A DNA stretch of 64,000 bases from a bacterium (GTDB lineage Bacteria; UBP6; UBA1177; JAKLFG01): positions 3,726 through 67,725 of the forward strand of contig JAKLFG010000006.1 of the NCBI GenBank assembly GCA_022711315.1. The letters are read 5' to 3'. The position numbers and the translations under genes are program-made. Positions 25,601-33,666 of the stretch are shown one piece after another (the first letter of the stretch is position 1; every line of letters begins with the position of its first letter). The notes below the pieces were generated by a model. That model saw nothing but the letters and a program-made list of their open reading frames with translations. It was not told the origin of the DNA and did no database searches.

Positions 25601-26602
25601 AGCGGTGACGGCTACCAGATCGCGAATGCGGGCAAACTCACGGTCATGTGCGCTGGAAATAGTGATTGCACCGAAAGCCCCGATGGTCCGATATGCGCTC
25701 CGTGGCAGATGTGCGTGGAGTGTATGACTGGTACCGATTGCGAGTCGTGGGAACAGTGCAACGGGGCGTTCGCGTGCGAACCGCAGGACGGGCGTTGCAA
25801 TGAGAACGCCGATTGCGCCGACGAGGTCGGCCTGCCGGTGTGCGACACGGCGAATCACGATTGCGTCGACAATAAGCCAGCCAGCACAACTGTTGACGAT
25901 GCGAACGACACCTTTGATTGGGCGTATGTGCCGGGTTATACCGATGTGAGTTGGTATGAATGTACGGTGGATGGCGGTGCCAACTGGGTTGCCTGCGGTG
26001 CCAAGCCGCTTCTTGTCGGGAACTACGACCTTGCGATTGACATGGTCGGAGTTCGCTTCGTTGGTGACGATCCGGTGCCGCAGAGCAGTGGTGTGTTCAA
26101 CGAGGTTGCGTTCACCATCAAGGTTCCTAACGGTGATTTTGAAACATGGAGTAATGGCACCGTGCCGGATTTCTGGACTTTCGATGGAGAAGTTGGTGTT
26201 GTGCGAGAGTCGACCATTGTTCGCAATGGCAATTCCTCTGTGAAGCTGATCAGACTTATTGATAACAATGCCAACACCGATTTTATGTCCGATTTTGTCC
26301 CGGTGACGGAGGGTGCTGCGTACGCGATCACCTTCTATTATTTTGACGATAATACCAATGCCCGCGGCTCATTGTATTATTCATTTTATAATGCCTCCCA
26401 GGTAATGATAGGAAGCATTTTCTACACGAACATATACACGGATGATGATCCCATCAACTGGCAAACCATTTCTGCTACACCGACCGCTCCTGCCGGCGCT
26501 GCTTTCCTTAGGGTTGGTACCCGTGTTTACAAAAATGCCTCAGGCGGAACTGTAACAGGAGGTTTTGTTTATCTGGACGATGTTATGGTCGTGAAGCAGT
26601 AA
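22700..26602 (+). CDS. 1300-aa mosaic surface lipoprotein (3x WCN module, Cys-framed repeats, C-terminal CBM-like jelly roll)
   Basis: VLFLSC lipobox. Acidic VTDD repeats. Three ~150-aa modules starting (T/V)(I/V)GWCN(L/T)Q and ending R(F/V)SGD(G/S)G(A/Q)TWTYC. Four ~65-aa C...QTW...CPW.C..(Y)H repeats. The end reads VPNGDFETWSNG... like a CBM4_9-type domain. Confidence 0.8.
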   Translation: MKWFTMIAVPAMFTVLFLSCEGTKTTTQDKDIPLGDEDSLLTDESVTDEEEPEGEETVKDDGPVAKDDGPVAKDDGPVVTDDAPVVTDDGTVEPDEDIVVTDDIVTDDVVTDDVVTDDVVTDDVVTDDVQPDDDQIGTFTIGWCNLQYPADATATQGDHVTFYARLYIAGLTDLTAEVDTNAQVIGQLSGNPSSGVDAATWPADGWLDLLPNPDNETAVAIGNNDEYMLEVPVMADPGVMDITVRFSGDGGATWTYCNANREGSAGYNGTDAENPYDPAKHGHLTVEAAYEDPCDGDNPCDEPNRSVCTDANTDGVAECGCDENYTLDGGDTCINEKFVDCAANPSKPQNSHDVITQVKINYTTLGDWGDPELCTDWDCNATHHWNEDAEACLETLTIGWCNTQWPTDASWYRGEEVAVYGRLYIAGTTDQTLDVDEAPQLIVQIGSSPTGTSATDWMYWGAMEPNPDSSVAPGIGEDEDEYRYIGAVIESLGDWDHLVRVSGDSGATWTYCNANRPGDGYNGTDSDNPYDLTKNGHFTVTSPCGEGFCNEANKTVCDDSDSEPFYTCSCDEHYNDNDADGDCDLDTQLVACTNSLPANAVWRTEGIYGGGKLTQTWNDGWEPEADTCPWDCDDGYHQEGETCVSNDPRTAPCVDNKPSLNSHWVAEGDYNGDGTVNQTWTGTAWQPPADECPWACDVDHHFRYDPLWGPFCDPDTRTVACTNELPLGAQWTAGGVYDGEGNLTQTWDAGVWGPATDTCPSECPSDTHWNGAACAPNSRFVGCGFDLPANATWVADLPTYDGFGNLNQTWNPETTEYEPGDMTCPFNCTEPGYHPNTEVNKCLLTYAVGWCNTQSPTFHNGMFDSWLDVYGQLWIDGVTNLSDINNTEHTIAPYLPQIKAQLGAGRRDTTPGVDKWDWLDAIPNEDYGNNDEYMLHVQLHLPPALYDYAYRFSGDSGQTWTYCDLNGSGDGYQIANAGKLTVMCAGNSDCTESPDGPICAPWQMCVECMTGTDCESWEQCNGAFACEPQDGRCNENADCADEVGLPVCDTANHDCVDNKPASTTVDDANDTFDWAYVPGYTDVSWYECTVDGGANWVACGAKPLLVGNYDLAIDMVGVRFVGDDPVPQSSGVFNEVAFTIKVPNGDFETWSNGTVPDFWTFDGEVGVVRESTIVRNGNSSVKLIRLIDNNANTDFMSDFVPVTEGAAYAITFYYFDDNTNARGSLYYSFYNASQVMIGSIFYTNIYTDDDPINWQTISATPTAPAGAAFLRVGTRVYKNASGGTVTGGFVYLDDVMVVKQ
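22877..23102 (+). repeat. In-frame coding tandem repeats (5 x 21 nt, then ~5 x 15 nt)
   Basis: gatgacggyccggtsgccaag units (DDGPVAK/DDGPVVT) followed by gtggtgaccgatgat units (VVTDD). Confidence 0.85.
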
Positions 26603-26612
26603 GGTCCGTTTG

Positions 26613-27833
26613 TTATTTCCCGAACAGTTCGAAGTAACTTTCCGCCACCGTTCCGGGGGCGAACTCTTTCATGATGTGTTCGCGGCCTGCCGTTGAAAGG
26701 TGATTGCGGGCTTCGGGATCGTTCAGGAGCGCCGCGACCTTCGCCGCGAAAAAGGCGGTGTCGAAGGGCGGTATCACGACGCCGGTCTTGCCTTCGATGA
26801 TATTCTCCGCGAGCGGCCCGACACCGAACACGACCGGCACCGCGCCGCAGGATGCTGCCTCGATCGGGGTCAGCCCGAAACTCTCGGCCTGCGACGGGAA
26901 GAGCAGGATATCGGCGGCGCTGTAGAGGAGCGGCAGATCGCCCGTTGGCAGATAGCCGGTGCTATGGACCTTGATATGACGGTAGGCGGTCGGGAAGGGG
27001 AGTTTGCCCTTGCCCGAAACGACAAGATGGACCGGTGCGGCGAGTTGTTCATCGAGCCGTTGCAGGATGTCACACAGAAGGTCGCCCCCCTTGAGCCGGT
27101 TGTCGAGATGCTCGGCGGCGAACAGAAGTACCGGAGCATGGTCGGTAATGCCGAATCGCTTCCGTGCCGAGTTTTTGTCCTGTGGGTTGAAGATGTCCGC
27201 CGGTATGCCGTGCGGTATGCGGACGATGCGGTGATGCGCGGTGAGCGGGCTTTTGCGCAGGATGTCCTCCATCCAGCGCGAGGCGACGATGAAGACCGGT
27301 CTCACCTCGTCATAGATGCGCCGTTTCCCCTCGGCGAGTTTCTTGGTTCGATCGCTCCCGAGCGAGGGATAGGTGTCGAGGCGGGGGCAGTTCCCGCAGG
27401 CATCCTGCCAGTTCGAGCAATCGATGGGCGCCATGCAGTGTCCCGTGACGGGCCACAGGTCGTGGACCAGCCAGTAGAGCGGGGCGATACGGGCCAGTTC
27501 CGACATGAGCGAAAGCGGGAAGTAGCCGCTGTGGATGTTGTTGAGTACGATACGATCAGGCTTCAGCGCGTGGGCCATCCGCCGTATCGCCGGGCCGGAG
27601 AAGGGGAAACAGAGTCCTTCGGCGCCGAACCGGCGCGTCATGCGGTCGATCGCCTCCTCGATGAGCCAGCCGTAGCGACCGCGGGTCGCATAGACATTCG
27701 ACAGGCCGCTTTTCCGCTTGGCGACGATGAAATAATTCTCGGTGCCGAGTTTCGCAACGCCGTCGGCGATCCGCATCATCGCGGTCGCCGCACCGCCGCC
27801 CGCGTCGCTTTTGTTGATGAACAGGATGCGCAT
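26613..27833 (-). CDS. Glycosyltransferase family 4 (GT-B, group 1)
   Basis: 406 aa. MRILFINKSDAGGGAATA N-terminus and FPSQAESFGLTPIEAASCGAVPVV (E-x7-E region). Confidence 0.85.
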   Translation of the reverse strand: MRILFINKSDAGGGAATAMMRIADGVAKLGTENYFIVAKRKSGLSNVYATRGRYGWLIEEAIDRMTRRFGAEGLCFPFSGPAIRRMAHALKPDRIVLNNIHSGYFPLSLMSELARIAPLYWLVHDLWPVTGHCMAPIDCSNWQDACGNCPRLDTYPSLGSDRTKKLAEGKRRIYDEVRPVFIVASRWMEDILRKSPLTAHHRIVRIPHGIPADIFNPQDKNSARKRFGITDHAPVLLFAAEHLDNRLKGGDLLCDILQRLDEQLAAPVHLVVSGKGKLPFPTAYRHIKVHSTGYLPTGDLPLLYSAADILLFPSQAESFGLTPIEAASCGAVPVVFGVGPLAENIIEGKTGVVIPPFDTAFFAAKVAALLNDPEARNHLSTAGREHIMKEFAPGTVAESYFELFGK

Positions 27834-27904
27834 CGAAACTCCATTACTGACGGTGAAGTATCATGGCGTACGGGTATGAAGTCAATTTTTAGGGGAGAGG
27901 AGGG

Positions 27905-29197
27905 CTACTTGTGTTCCGATGTGATGATCGGATGAGGCATGCCGTTCGTGTCGACGAGTTTGTCGTACAGCGCCGTTTCCTCGTACAGGGAAGCGCGGAA
28001 GAACGCGACGAGCAGGCCGCCGACAAGCGTCCGGAAGGTCGCTTTTTGAGCATCGTCCCCGCCGCTGCACACCGAACAGGTCATGCCGCAGGCGCCGAGG
28101 TCGTCGGCGTCTATCATGTCCATGTGGCCGACACTGCCCGCGATAAGATGCCAGGCCGGGGAGGGGAAGTTGGGGTAGAATATGCCGGCGCTATTGGAAT
28201 CGGCCGGAGCGCAGGCCTGAAAGCCGGTCGGTCCCTTTTCGGTGCCGACGGCGGCCGAAGGCGCATCGTAGGTCATGGGGCCGGTGATGGCGTGCGGATC
28301 GCTCGTGGCGGTGGAATTGGTGTCGACCGGGTCTATACCCATGGCGGCATGGAACTCGGCGGGCGTTTTCAGTATCATGCGCCACGATATCTTCGACCCG
28401 CGCGAATGACCGGTCAGTCCGAATCTCGTGAAGTCGGGCACCGCGCTTCCGGTGTGCGTGGCGAGTTTCGGCTTTACCCAGTCGGCGATGAGGGCGAGGA
28501 TCTTGTCGGCCTCGACGATGCTGTTGTCGCCGCCGATGAGACTCTGTTTCAACTGGGGAGAGACAATGATGAACCCATGGCTTGCGAGTTGCGTGAGTAT
28601 CTGGTCGTAATAGATGTTCTTGAGTTGGAAGCCGTGCACGAAGTTGATGTAGGGATACGTGCCCGCCTCGGCCGGATAGAAGATGCGGACGGCCTGCGCG
28701 TTGCCGTCGGCGTTCTCGGCGACATCCTTCTGAAGCACGACATGAGGCCCCGGCGCATACACATCGACCGTCGCGGCGTCCTCGTCGGGGGTTGTCGTGT
28801 CGTCGGTCTCGATACTGCTATCATCATCGACCGTATCGTCGCCTGCCGGCATATCGGCGTCGGGATCGACGGTACAGCCGCTGACATCGTAGCCGGAGCA
28901 GTCGCTTTTGCAGGTTGCCCAGCCGCCGAGGTAGGCGCTGTCTATCTGCGCGCACTCCTTGGCGTCGCCGTCACAGATCTCTCCGGTGTCGGTCACGCCG
29001 TTGCCACAGTTCACGGGCGTGGTGTCATCGGTCGGGACGGTGTTGTCAATCGCGGTGTCGTCGGTCACGACCTCGTCGCTGCCGGCGGTCTCGTCGTTCG
29101 CCGGTTGGTTATCGGTCTTTGCTACATTTTTGCTGTCACAGGCGGACAGGACCGCGATAAGGAACAACAGGGGTATGCCGAAGAGTATCGCTTTCAT
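27905..29197 (-). CDS. Lipoprotein: Cys-rich N-module + chlorophyllase-like alpha/beta hydrolase
   Basis: Trimmed to ATG 29197 (GGAGGCGA SD). AVLSAC lipobox. NCGNGVTDTGEICDGD (Myxococcus Cys-rich repeat-like). FVHGFQLKNIYYDQILTQLASHGFIIVSPQL and GHSRGSK match chlorophyllase-family motifs. Confidence 0.75.
   Translation of the reverse strand: MKAILFGIPLLFLIAVLSACDSKNVAKTDNQPANDETAGSDEVVTDDTAIDNTVPTDDTTPVNCGNGVTDTGEICDGDAKECAQIDSAYLGGWATCKSDCSGYDVSGCTVDPDADMPAGDDTVDDDSSIETDDTTTPDEDAATVDVYAPGPHVVLQKDVAENADGNAQAVRIFYPAEAGTYPYINFVHGFQLKNIYYDQILTQLASHGFIIVSPQLKQSLIGGDNSIVEADKILALIADWVKPKLATHTGSAVPDFTRFGLTGHSRGSKISWRMILKTPAEFHAAMGIDPVDTNSTATSDPHAITGPMTYDAPSAAVGTEKGPTGFQACAPADSNSAGIFYPNFPSPAWHLIAGSVGHMDMIDADDLGACGMTCSVCSGGDDAQKATFRTLVGGLLVAFFRASLYEETALYDKLVDTNGMPHPIITSEHK
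28780..29125. repeat. Dispersed repeat A (N-terminal module of hydrolase paralog 1)
   Basis: About 345 nt that are highly similar to 30110-30455. The encoded ~115 aa are ~85% identical by eye, while the downstream catalytic domains are divergent. Confidence 0.8.
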
Positions 29198-29217
29198 GAC
29201 TCGCCTCCGTAGAGAGA

Positions 29218-30531
29218 TCATTTTATCTGTTCCACTGCGGCTATCGTATCGGCGGTGTCGCCGGTGCCGTCGTACACATAGTTGTGGGCATCGGCGTCGT
29301 CGAACAGATGTGCTTTCAGATACATCCCGGCCCAACGCGCGTTGGTCTCGACACCGAGCGCCTGATCGGTCGTCGGCACATTGCTGTCGGCGGCCGCGCC
29401 CGCCGGATTGTTCATGTCGCAGATGCCGTAGTGATTCATCCCGTCCAGCGCGACGAACACGACCGGGGTGCCGGTGGTCTTATCGAGCGTTTTAAGCGTG
29501 TCATCGTATTTCGCCTTGCCGTCTATGCGCCCCTGCAGAAAGATGGTGGGTATGTTGCGAGTGTTGAATGCCGAAACAGTGCCGATGATCGGCATGACGG
29601 TGTTGGTGCCGTACAGAATGCCGGCGGCCAGTTCGAGCGGCGCTTGATAGGAGCCGGAGCAGGTCGGTTGAGAGCAGGTGTTACCGATAATGCCCACTGC
29701 GGCCATGCCGCCGTTGCTATGGCCCATGACGGCGACCTTAGCTATATTCACCCGCTGAAAGAGCGGCGACGCGCCATCGGTCGTCGCGGCCTTGACGAAA
29801 TCCCACACGGCGTTGAACGCCTTGTTCTCCGTCATGTTCGTCCCGGAGAAACTGTCGTGATTCGGTATCGCTACGACGATCCCGTATGAGGAAAGTATCT
29901 TTGCAAAGTTACTGTAAAAACCTTTGTCGACCTTGGCTCCCTGCATGAAGATGGCAGTGTAGAGAGTGTCGCTTGACGACGCGTTCGGGATATAGAGATC
30001 GACCGGATCACTACCGACCGTTATCGCATACTGACAGCCGCCGTCGTAAAGGGCATGTTCCCCTTTGACGACTGTGTAGGGTGCGCCGGTGCAGGAGGGA
30101 AGAGGAGCGTCATCGTCGGAGATCGTCGTATCGTCCGTTTCGACAAGACCATCATCGTCGGTCGTATCGTCGCCCGCCGGGATATCGGCGTCGGGGTCAA
30201 GGGTACACGACGAGACATCGTAGCCGGAGCAGTCGGTCTTGCAGGTGGCCCAGCCGCCGATGTAGGCGCTGTTTATCTGCGCGCATTCCTTGGCGTCGCC
30301 GTCGCAGGCCTCGCCGGTGTCGGTCACGCCATTGCCGCAGTTCACGGGGGTGGTGTCGTCGGTCGGAACGGTGTTGTCGGTCACGGTATCATCGGTCACG
30401 ACCTCGTCGCCGCCGGCGGTCTCGTCGTTCCCCGGCTGGTTATCGGTCTTGGTGCCGCTCCCGCTGTCGCATGAGGCAACAAGGGAAAGGAACGCTACCG
30501 CTGCCACCGTGATACAAAGACTCTTCCGCAT
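29218..30531 (-). CDS. Lipoprotein: Cys-rich N-module + alpha/beta hydrolase (GHSNG nucleophile elbow)
   Basis: Trimmed to ATG 30531 (MRKSLCITVAAVAFLSLVASC). The N-module is nearly identical to the neighbour. VAVMGHSNGGMAAVG serine hydrolase motif. Confidence 0.7.
   Translation of the reverse strand: MRKSLCITVAAVAFLSLVASCDSGSGTKTDNQPGNDETAGGDEVVTDDTVTDNTVPTDDTTPVNCGNGVTDTGEACDGDAKECAQINSAYIGGWATCKTDCSGYDVSSCTLDPDADIPAGDDTTDDDGLVETDDTTISDDDAPLPSCTGAPYTVVKGEHALYDGGCQYAITVGSDPVDLYIPNASSSDTLYTAIFMQGAKVDKGFYSNFAKILSSYGIVVAIPNHDSFSGTNMTENKAFNAVWDFVKAATTDGASPLFQRVNIAKVAVMGHSNGGMAAVGIIGNTCSQPTCSGSYQAPLELAAGILYGTNTVMPIIGTVSAFNTRNIPTIFLQGRIDGKAKYDDTLKTLDKTTGTPVVFVALDGMNHYGICDMNNPAGAAADSNVPTTDQALGVETNARWAGMYLKAHLFDDADAHNYVYDGTGDTADTIAAVEQIK
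30110..30455. repeat. Dispersed repeat A' (N-terminal module of hydrolase paralog 2)
   Basis: Partner of 28780-29125. Confidence 0.8.
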
Positions 30532-30650
30532 GGTCACTCCTCCTGCTAAAAAAGAAAAAAACACAGTATCTAGACCTACGCTACCGGCAAAAAGTTTCCT
30601 GTCAAGCAGTTTTCCTCTCCTTAAATATATAGTGCGCGGGAGCGATGCCT

Positions 30651-31100
30651 TTATAGACGCTTCCGGCTGTCGAGTATGAAAGTGACCGGTCCATCGTTCA
30701 CGAGCGCCACCTGCATATGGGCGCCGAAGGAGCCGGTCGCGACCGTTGCGCCGAGAGCCGAAAGTTTTTTGACGAAAAGGTCGAAAAGCGGGGATGCCTC
30801 ATCGGGCGGCATCGCGGTGTCGAAGGAGGGGCGGCGTCCCTTGCGTATGTCGGCGGCGAGCGTGAACTGGCTCACCGCGAGTATCGCCCCGCCGATTTCG
30901 AGCACCGAGCGGTTCATCTTCCCTTCATCATCAGGGAATATGCGCAATTCGACGCACTTGCGGGCGATATGATCCAGATCGTTATCGCCATCGCCTTTTT
31001 CAAGGCCTGCAAGGATGAGCAGTCCCGGACCTGTCTCGGCGATGATATGTTGTTCGACCGTGACCGAAGCGCGGGAAACGCGCTGAAGGACGGCGATCAT
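30651..31100 (-). CDS. dtd: D-aminoacyl-tRNA deacylase
   Basis: MIAVLQRVSRASV...SQFTL...FGAHMQVALVNDGPVTFILDS. 149 aa. Confidence 0.9.
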   Translation of the reverse strand: MIAVLQRVSRASVTVEQHIIAETGPGLLILAGLEKGDGDNDLDHIARKCVELRIFPDDEGKMNRSVLEIGGAILAVSQFTLAADIRKGRRPSFDTAMPPDEASPLFDLFVKKLSALGATVATGSFGAHMQVALVNDGPVTFILDSRKRL

Positions 31101-31103
31101 GAA

Positions 31104-32042
31104 CTACCCGTTCTCGATGACGGTGCCGGTCGTGCCGGCGAGCGCCTCGGTCAGTTTCGATTCGGAGGTGATGATGACCTTGCGGTCCCGGAACGCCTCG
31201 GCGAAATCTATGGCCGCCTGTATCTTCGGTCCCATGCTGCCCGCCGGGAACTCGCCCTGCGCGAGATAACTTTTCGCCTCGCGCACCGACATCCGGTCTA
31301 TCCAGGTGGGGTTGCCCGATTTGAAATTGATGGCGACCTTCTCGACGCCGGTGAGTATGACGACGATGTCGGCCTGTATCGAGCGCGCGATCATGACCGA
31401 GGCGAGATCCTTGTCGATGACCGCGTCGATGCCGGCGAGATGCCCCGTTTTGTCGCGATAGACCGGGATGCCGCCGCCGCCGCCGGTGATGACGGTGAAG
31501 CCGTGATCGAGAAGCGAGGTGAGCGCCTCGGGGTTCACCATGCGGAGCGGCATCGGCGAGGGAACGACGCGCCGATAGCCGCGCCCGGCGTCCTCGACCA
31601 TCTTCCAACCGCTCTTCATTTTGGCTATCGCCTTCTCCTGCGTGTAGAAGGGGCCGACCGGTTTGGTCGGCTTCGAGAAGGCGGGATCGCTCGGGTTCAC
31701 CTCTATCTGAGTGACGAGCGTCGCGATACGCGGCCGGACACCCGCCTTGGTGAGCCGGTTGACAAGTCCCTGCTCGATCATGTAGCCCATGCTCCCCTGT
31801 GTGTCGGCGACACAGACGACGAGAGGATCGGGGAACACCTCGGTCGCTGCCATCTCGTTGCGTATCAGTCGCGCGCCGGCCTGCGGGCCGTTGCCGTGCG
31901 TGACGACGACCTGATGGCCTTCCGTTATGAGTTTCACGATGCCGTCGACCGAGTTCTCTATGTTGCGCAACTGCTCCTCGGGCGTCCCTTTCTCTCCGGG
32001 CTTGATGAGCGCGTTGCCGCCGAGCGCGATGACTATCTTCAC
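31104..32042 (-). CDS. arcC: Carbamate kinase
   Basis: MKIVIALGGNALIKPGEKGT...VVVTHGNGPQAG...GGGGIPV. 312 aa. Confidence 0.9.
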   Translation of the reverse strand: MKIVIALGGNALIKPGEKGTPEEQLRNIENSVDGIVKLITEGHQVVVTHGNGPQAGARLIRNEMAATEVFPDPLVVCVADTQGSMGYMIEQGLVNRLTKAGVRPRIATLVTQIEVNPSDPAFSKPTKPVGPFYTQEKAIAKMKSGWKMVEDAGRGYRRVVPSPMPLRMVNPEALTSLLDHGFTVITGGGGGIPVYRDKTGHLAGIDAVIDKDLASVMIARSIQADIVVILTGVEKVAINFKSGNPTWIDRMSVREAKSYLAQGEFPAGSMGPKIQAAIDFAEAFRDRKVIITSESKLTEALAGTTGTVIENG

Positions 32043-32054
32043 GAAGGACCTCCT

Positions 32055-32090
32055 TCAAAAAAAGAAAAGAGGGTCGTGACACCCTCTTTT
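32055..32090 (-). terminator. Rho-independent terminator after the P-loop gene
   Basis: AAGAGGGT-cgtgac-ACCCTCTT 8-bp stem. On the minus strand it is followed by TTTCTTTTTTT. Confidence 0.6.
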
Positions 32091-32112
32091 CCCGTGGATC
32101 TTGCGGTGCGAT

Positions 32113-33447
32113 CTACTTCTTGAAAAGTTTTTCCTTTATCGCGGTCTCGATGACCTTCTCGAACCCTGCGCGGCATTTGAGCGCGTAGTCGACACGGACG
32201 ACGGGTTTGTTCGCCTTCACGAGACGGGACAGGTCGATCGGCGTGCCGGAGAGTACAAGGTCGGCCGGCGTGTTGTTGATCGTCGTTTCGAGGTCCTTCT
32301 TCTGTTCGGCCGAATAGCCCATCGCGGGGAGTATGCCTTCGCCGATGTTCGGATACACCTCGTAGGTATACTTTATCTTGCCGACGGCGTGCGGGCGCGG
32401 GTCGGCCATCTTCTTCGCGCCGAACCGTTTCGCGGCGACCGACGCGGCGCCGATCTTCATCTCGCCGTGGGTGAGCGTCGGGCCGTCCTCGACGACGAGC
32501 ACGAGTTTGTCCTTGATGTCGCCCGACACGGTGAGTTCGCTGTCGGCCTCGACCACTTTAGCGTTCGGGGCGAGCCGTTTGATGTTGTCGCGCACGGTCT
32601 TGATCCCCTCGGGAGACGCCGAGTCCATCTTGTTGATGACCACCACATCGGCCATGCGAAGGTTCGCCTCTCCCGGGTAGTAGTTCTCTTCATGCCCCGG
32701 ACGCAGCGGGTCGACGACGACTATCTTGAGATCGCTTTCGAAGAACGGCATGTCGTTGTTGCCGCCGTCCCAGAGGATGACATCGGGGTTGTCGCTCTTC
32801 TCGGCGGTGCGAAGTATCGCCTCGTAGTCGACGCCGGAATAGATGATGTTGCCGGCGGCGATATGCGGCTCGTACTCTTCCATCTCCTCGATGGTGCAAC
32901 GATGCTTTTCAAGGTCGGCTATCTCGGCGTAGCGCTGTACCTTCTGCGCGACGAGGTCGCCGTACGGCATCGGGTGCCGCACCGCGACGACCTTCTTGCC
33001 CATCTTCTTGAAGATGTCGTACACGAAGCGTGTGGTCTGCGATTTGCCGCAACCGGTGCGTATAGCGCAGATGCTGATGACCGGCTTCACCGATCTCACT
33101 TTGGTCTTTTCGTAGCCGATGAGTTTGAAATCGGCGCCGAGCGCATTGACGAGCGCGCTGCGATTCATCACATACTTGTAGGTGACATCGCTGTAGGCGA
33201 AGACGACCTCGTCGACCTTGTGCTCCTTGATGAGTTTCGGGAGATCGGCCTCGTCGTATATCGGGATCCCGTTCGGATAGAGCGGACCGGCAAGTTCCGC
33301 GGGATACTTGCGATCGTTGATGTCGGGGATCTGCGCCGCGGTGAACGCGACGATCTCGCACCCGTCGCAGTTGCGATACACGGTGTTGAAGTTGTGGAAA
33401 TCTCTTCCGGCGGCGCCCATGATGATGATCTTCTTTTTCTTCGCCAT
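32113..33447 (-). CDS. P-loop NTPase of the COG2403-like family (often annotated 'cyclic 2,3-diphosphoglycerate synthetase'/GTPase); function unknown
   Basis: 444 aa. KIIIMGAAGRDFHNFN N-terminus and Walker A IRTGCGKSQTT. Family assignment is from memory only. Confidence 0.5.
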   Translation of the reverse strand: MAKKKKIIIMGAAGRDFHNFNTVYRNCDGCEIVAFTAAQIPDINDRKYPAELAGPLYPNGIPIYDEADLPKLIKEHKVDEVVFAYSDVTYKYVMNRSALVNALGADFKLIGYEKTKVRSVKPVISICAIRTGCGKSQTTRFVYDIFKKMGKKVVAVRHPMPYGDLVAQKVQRYAEIADLEKHRCTIEEMEEYEPHIAAGNIIYSGVDYEAILRTAEKSDNPDVILWDGGNNDMPFFESDLKIVVVDPLRPGHEENYYPGEANLRMADVVVINKMDSASPEGIKTVRDNIKRLAPNAKVVEADSELTVSGDIKDKLVLVVEDGPTLTHGEMKIGAASVAAKRFGAKKMADPRPHAVGKIKYTYEVYPNIGEGILPAMGYSAEQKKDLETTINNTPADLVLSGTPIDLSRLVKANKPVVRVDYALKCRAGFEKVIETAIKEKLFKK

Positions 33448-33592
33448 GATCTTCTCCTTCAGGCTGAAGTGTTGTTAAATCACGGCCGGACACTGTCTAC
33501 GGCGAATCGACGATAACAGGAAAAAGGTCAAAGTCAAGGAAACGAAAATCGCGATATCGCGTGAAATTTTTTGTGTTTATCGCGTTAAAAAA

Positions 33593-33622
33593 TTGACTTC
33601 GTTTTCTTATAGTTGATAGTAT
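33593..33622 (+). promoter_or_regulatory. Putative sigma70 promoter with A-tract for the 1092-aa gene
   Basis: gcgttaaaaaaTTGACTtcgttttcttatagtTGaTAGTAT. Shares the string GCGTTAAAAAA(A)TTGACTT with 6011-6029. Confidence 0.3.
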
Positions 33623-33666
33623 GAACCCGGTTGGCCCGTTTGAACGATGACAAGAGGGAGAAGTAG

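Noticed and set aside
28780-30455. Possible diversity-generating retroelement (template/variable repeat pair) given two ~345-nt near-identical segments
   Set aside because: No reverse transcriptase is nearby. The differences between copies are of mixed types and not concentrated at adenines. Both copies are 5' modules of paralogous genes. Duplication or gene conversion explains it better.
32113-33447. Calling this gene cyclic 2,3-diphosphoglycerate synthetase
   Set aside because: That activity is an archaeal thermoadaptation trait. Only the N-terminal pattern and the Walker A motif are recognisable here, so I keep it as an uncharacterised P-loop NTPase.
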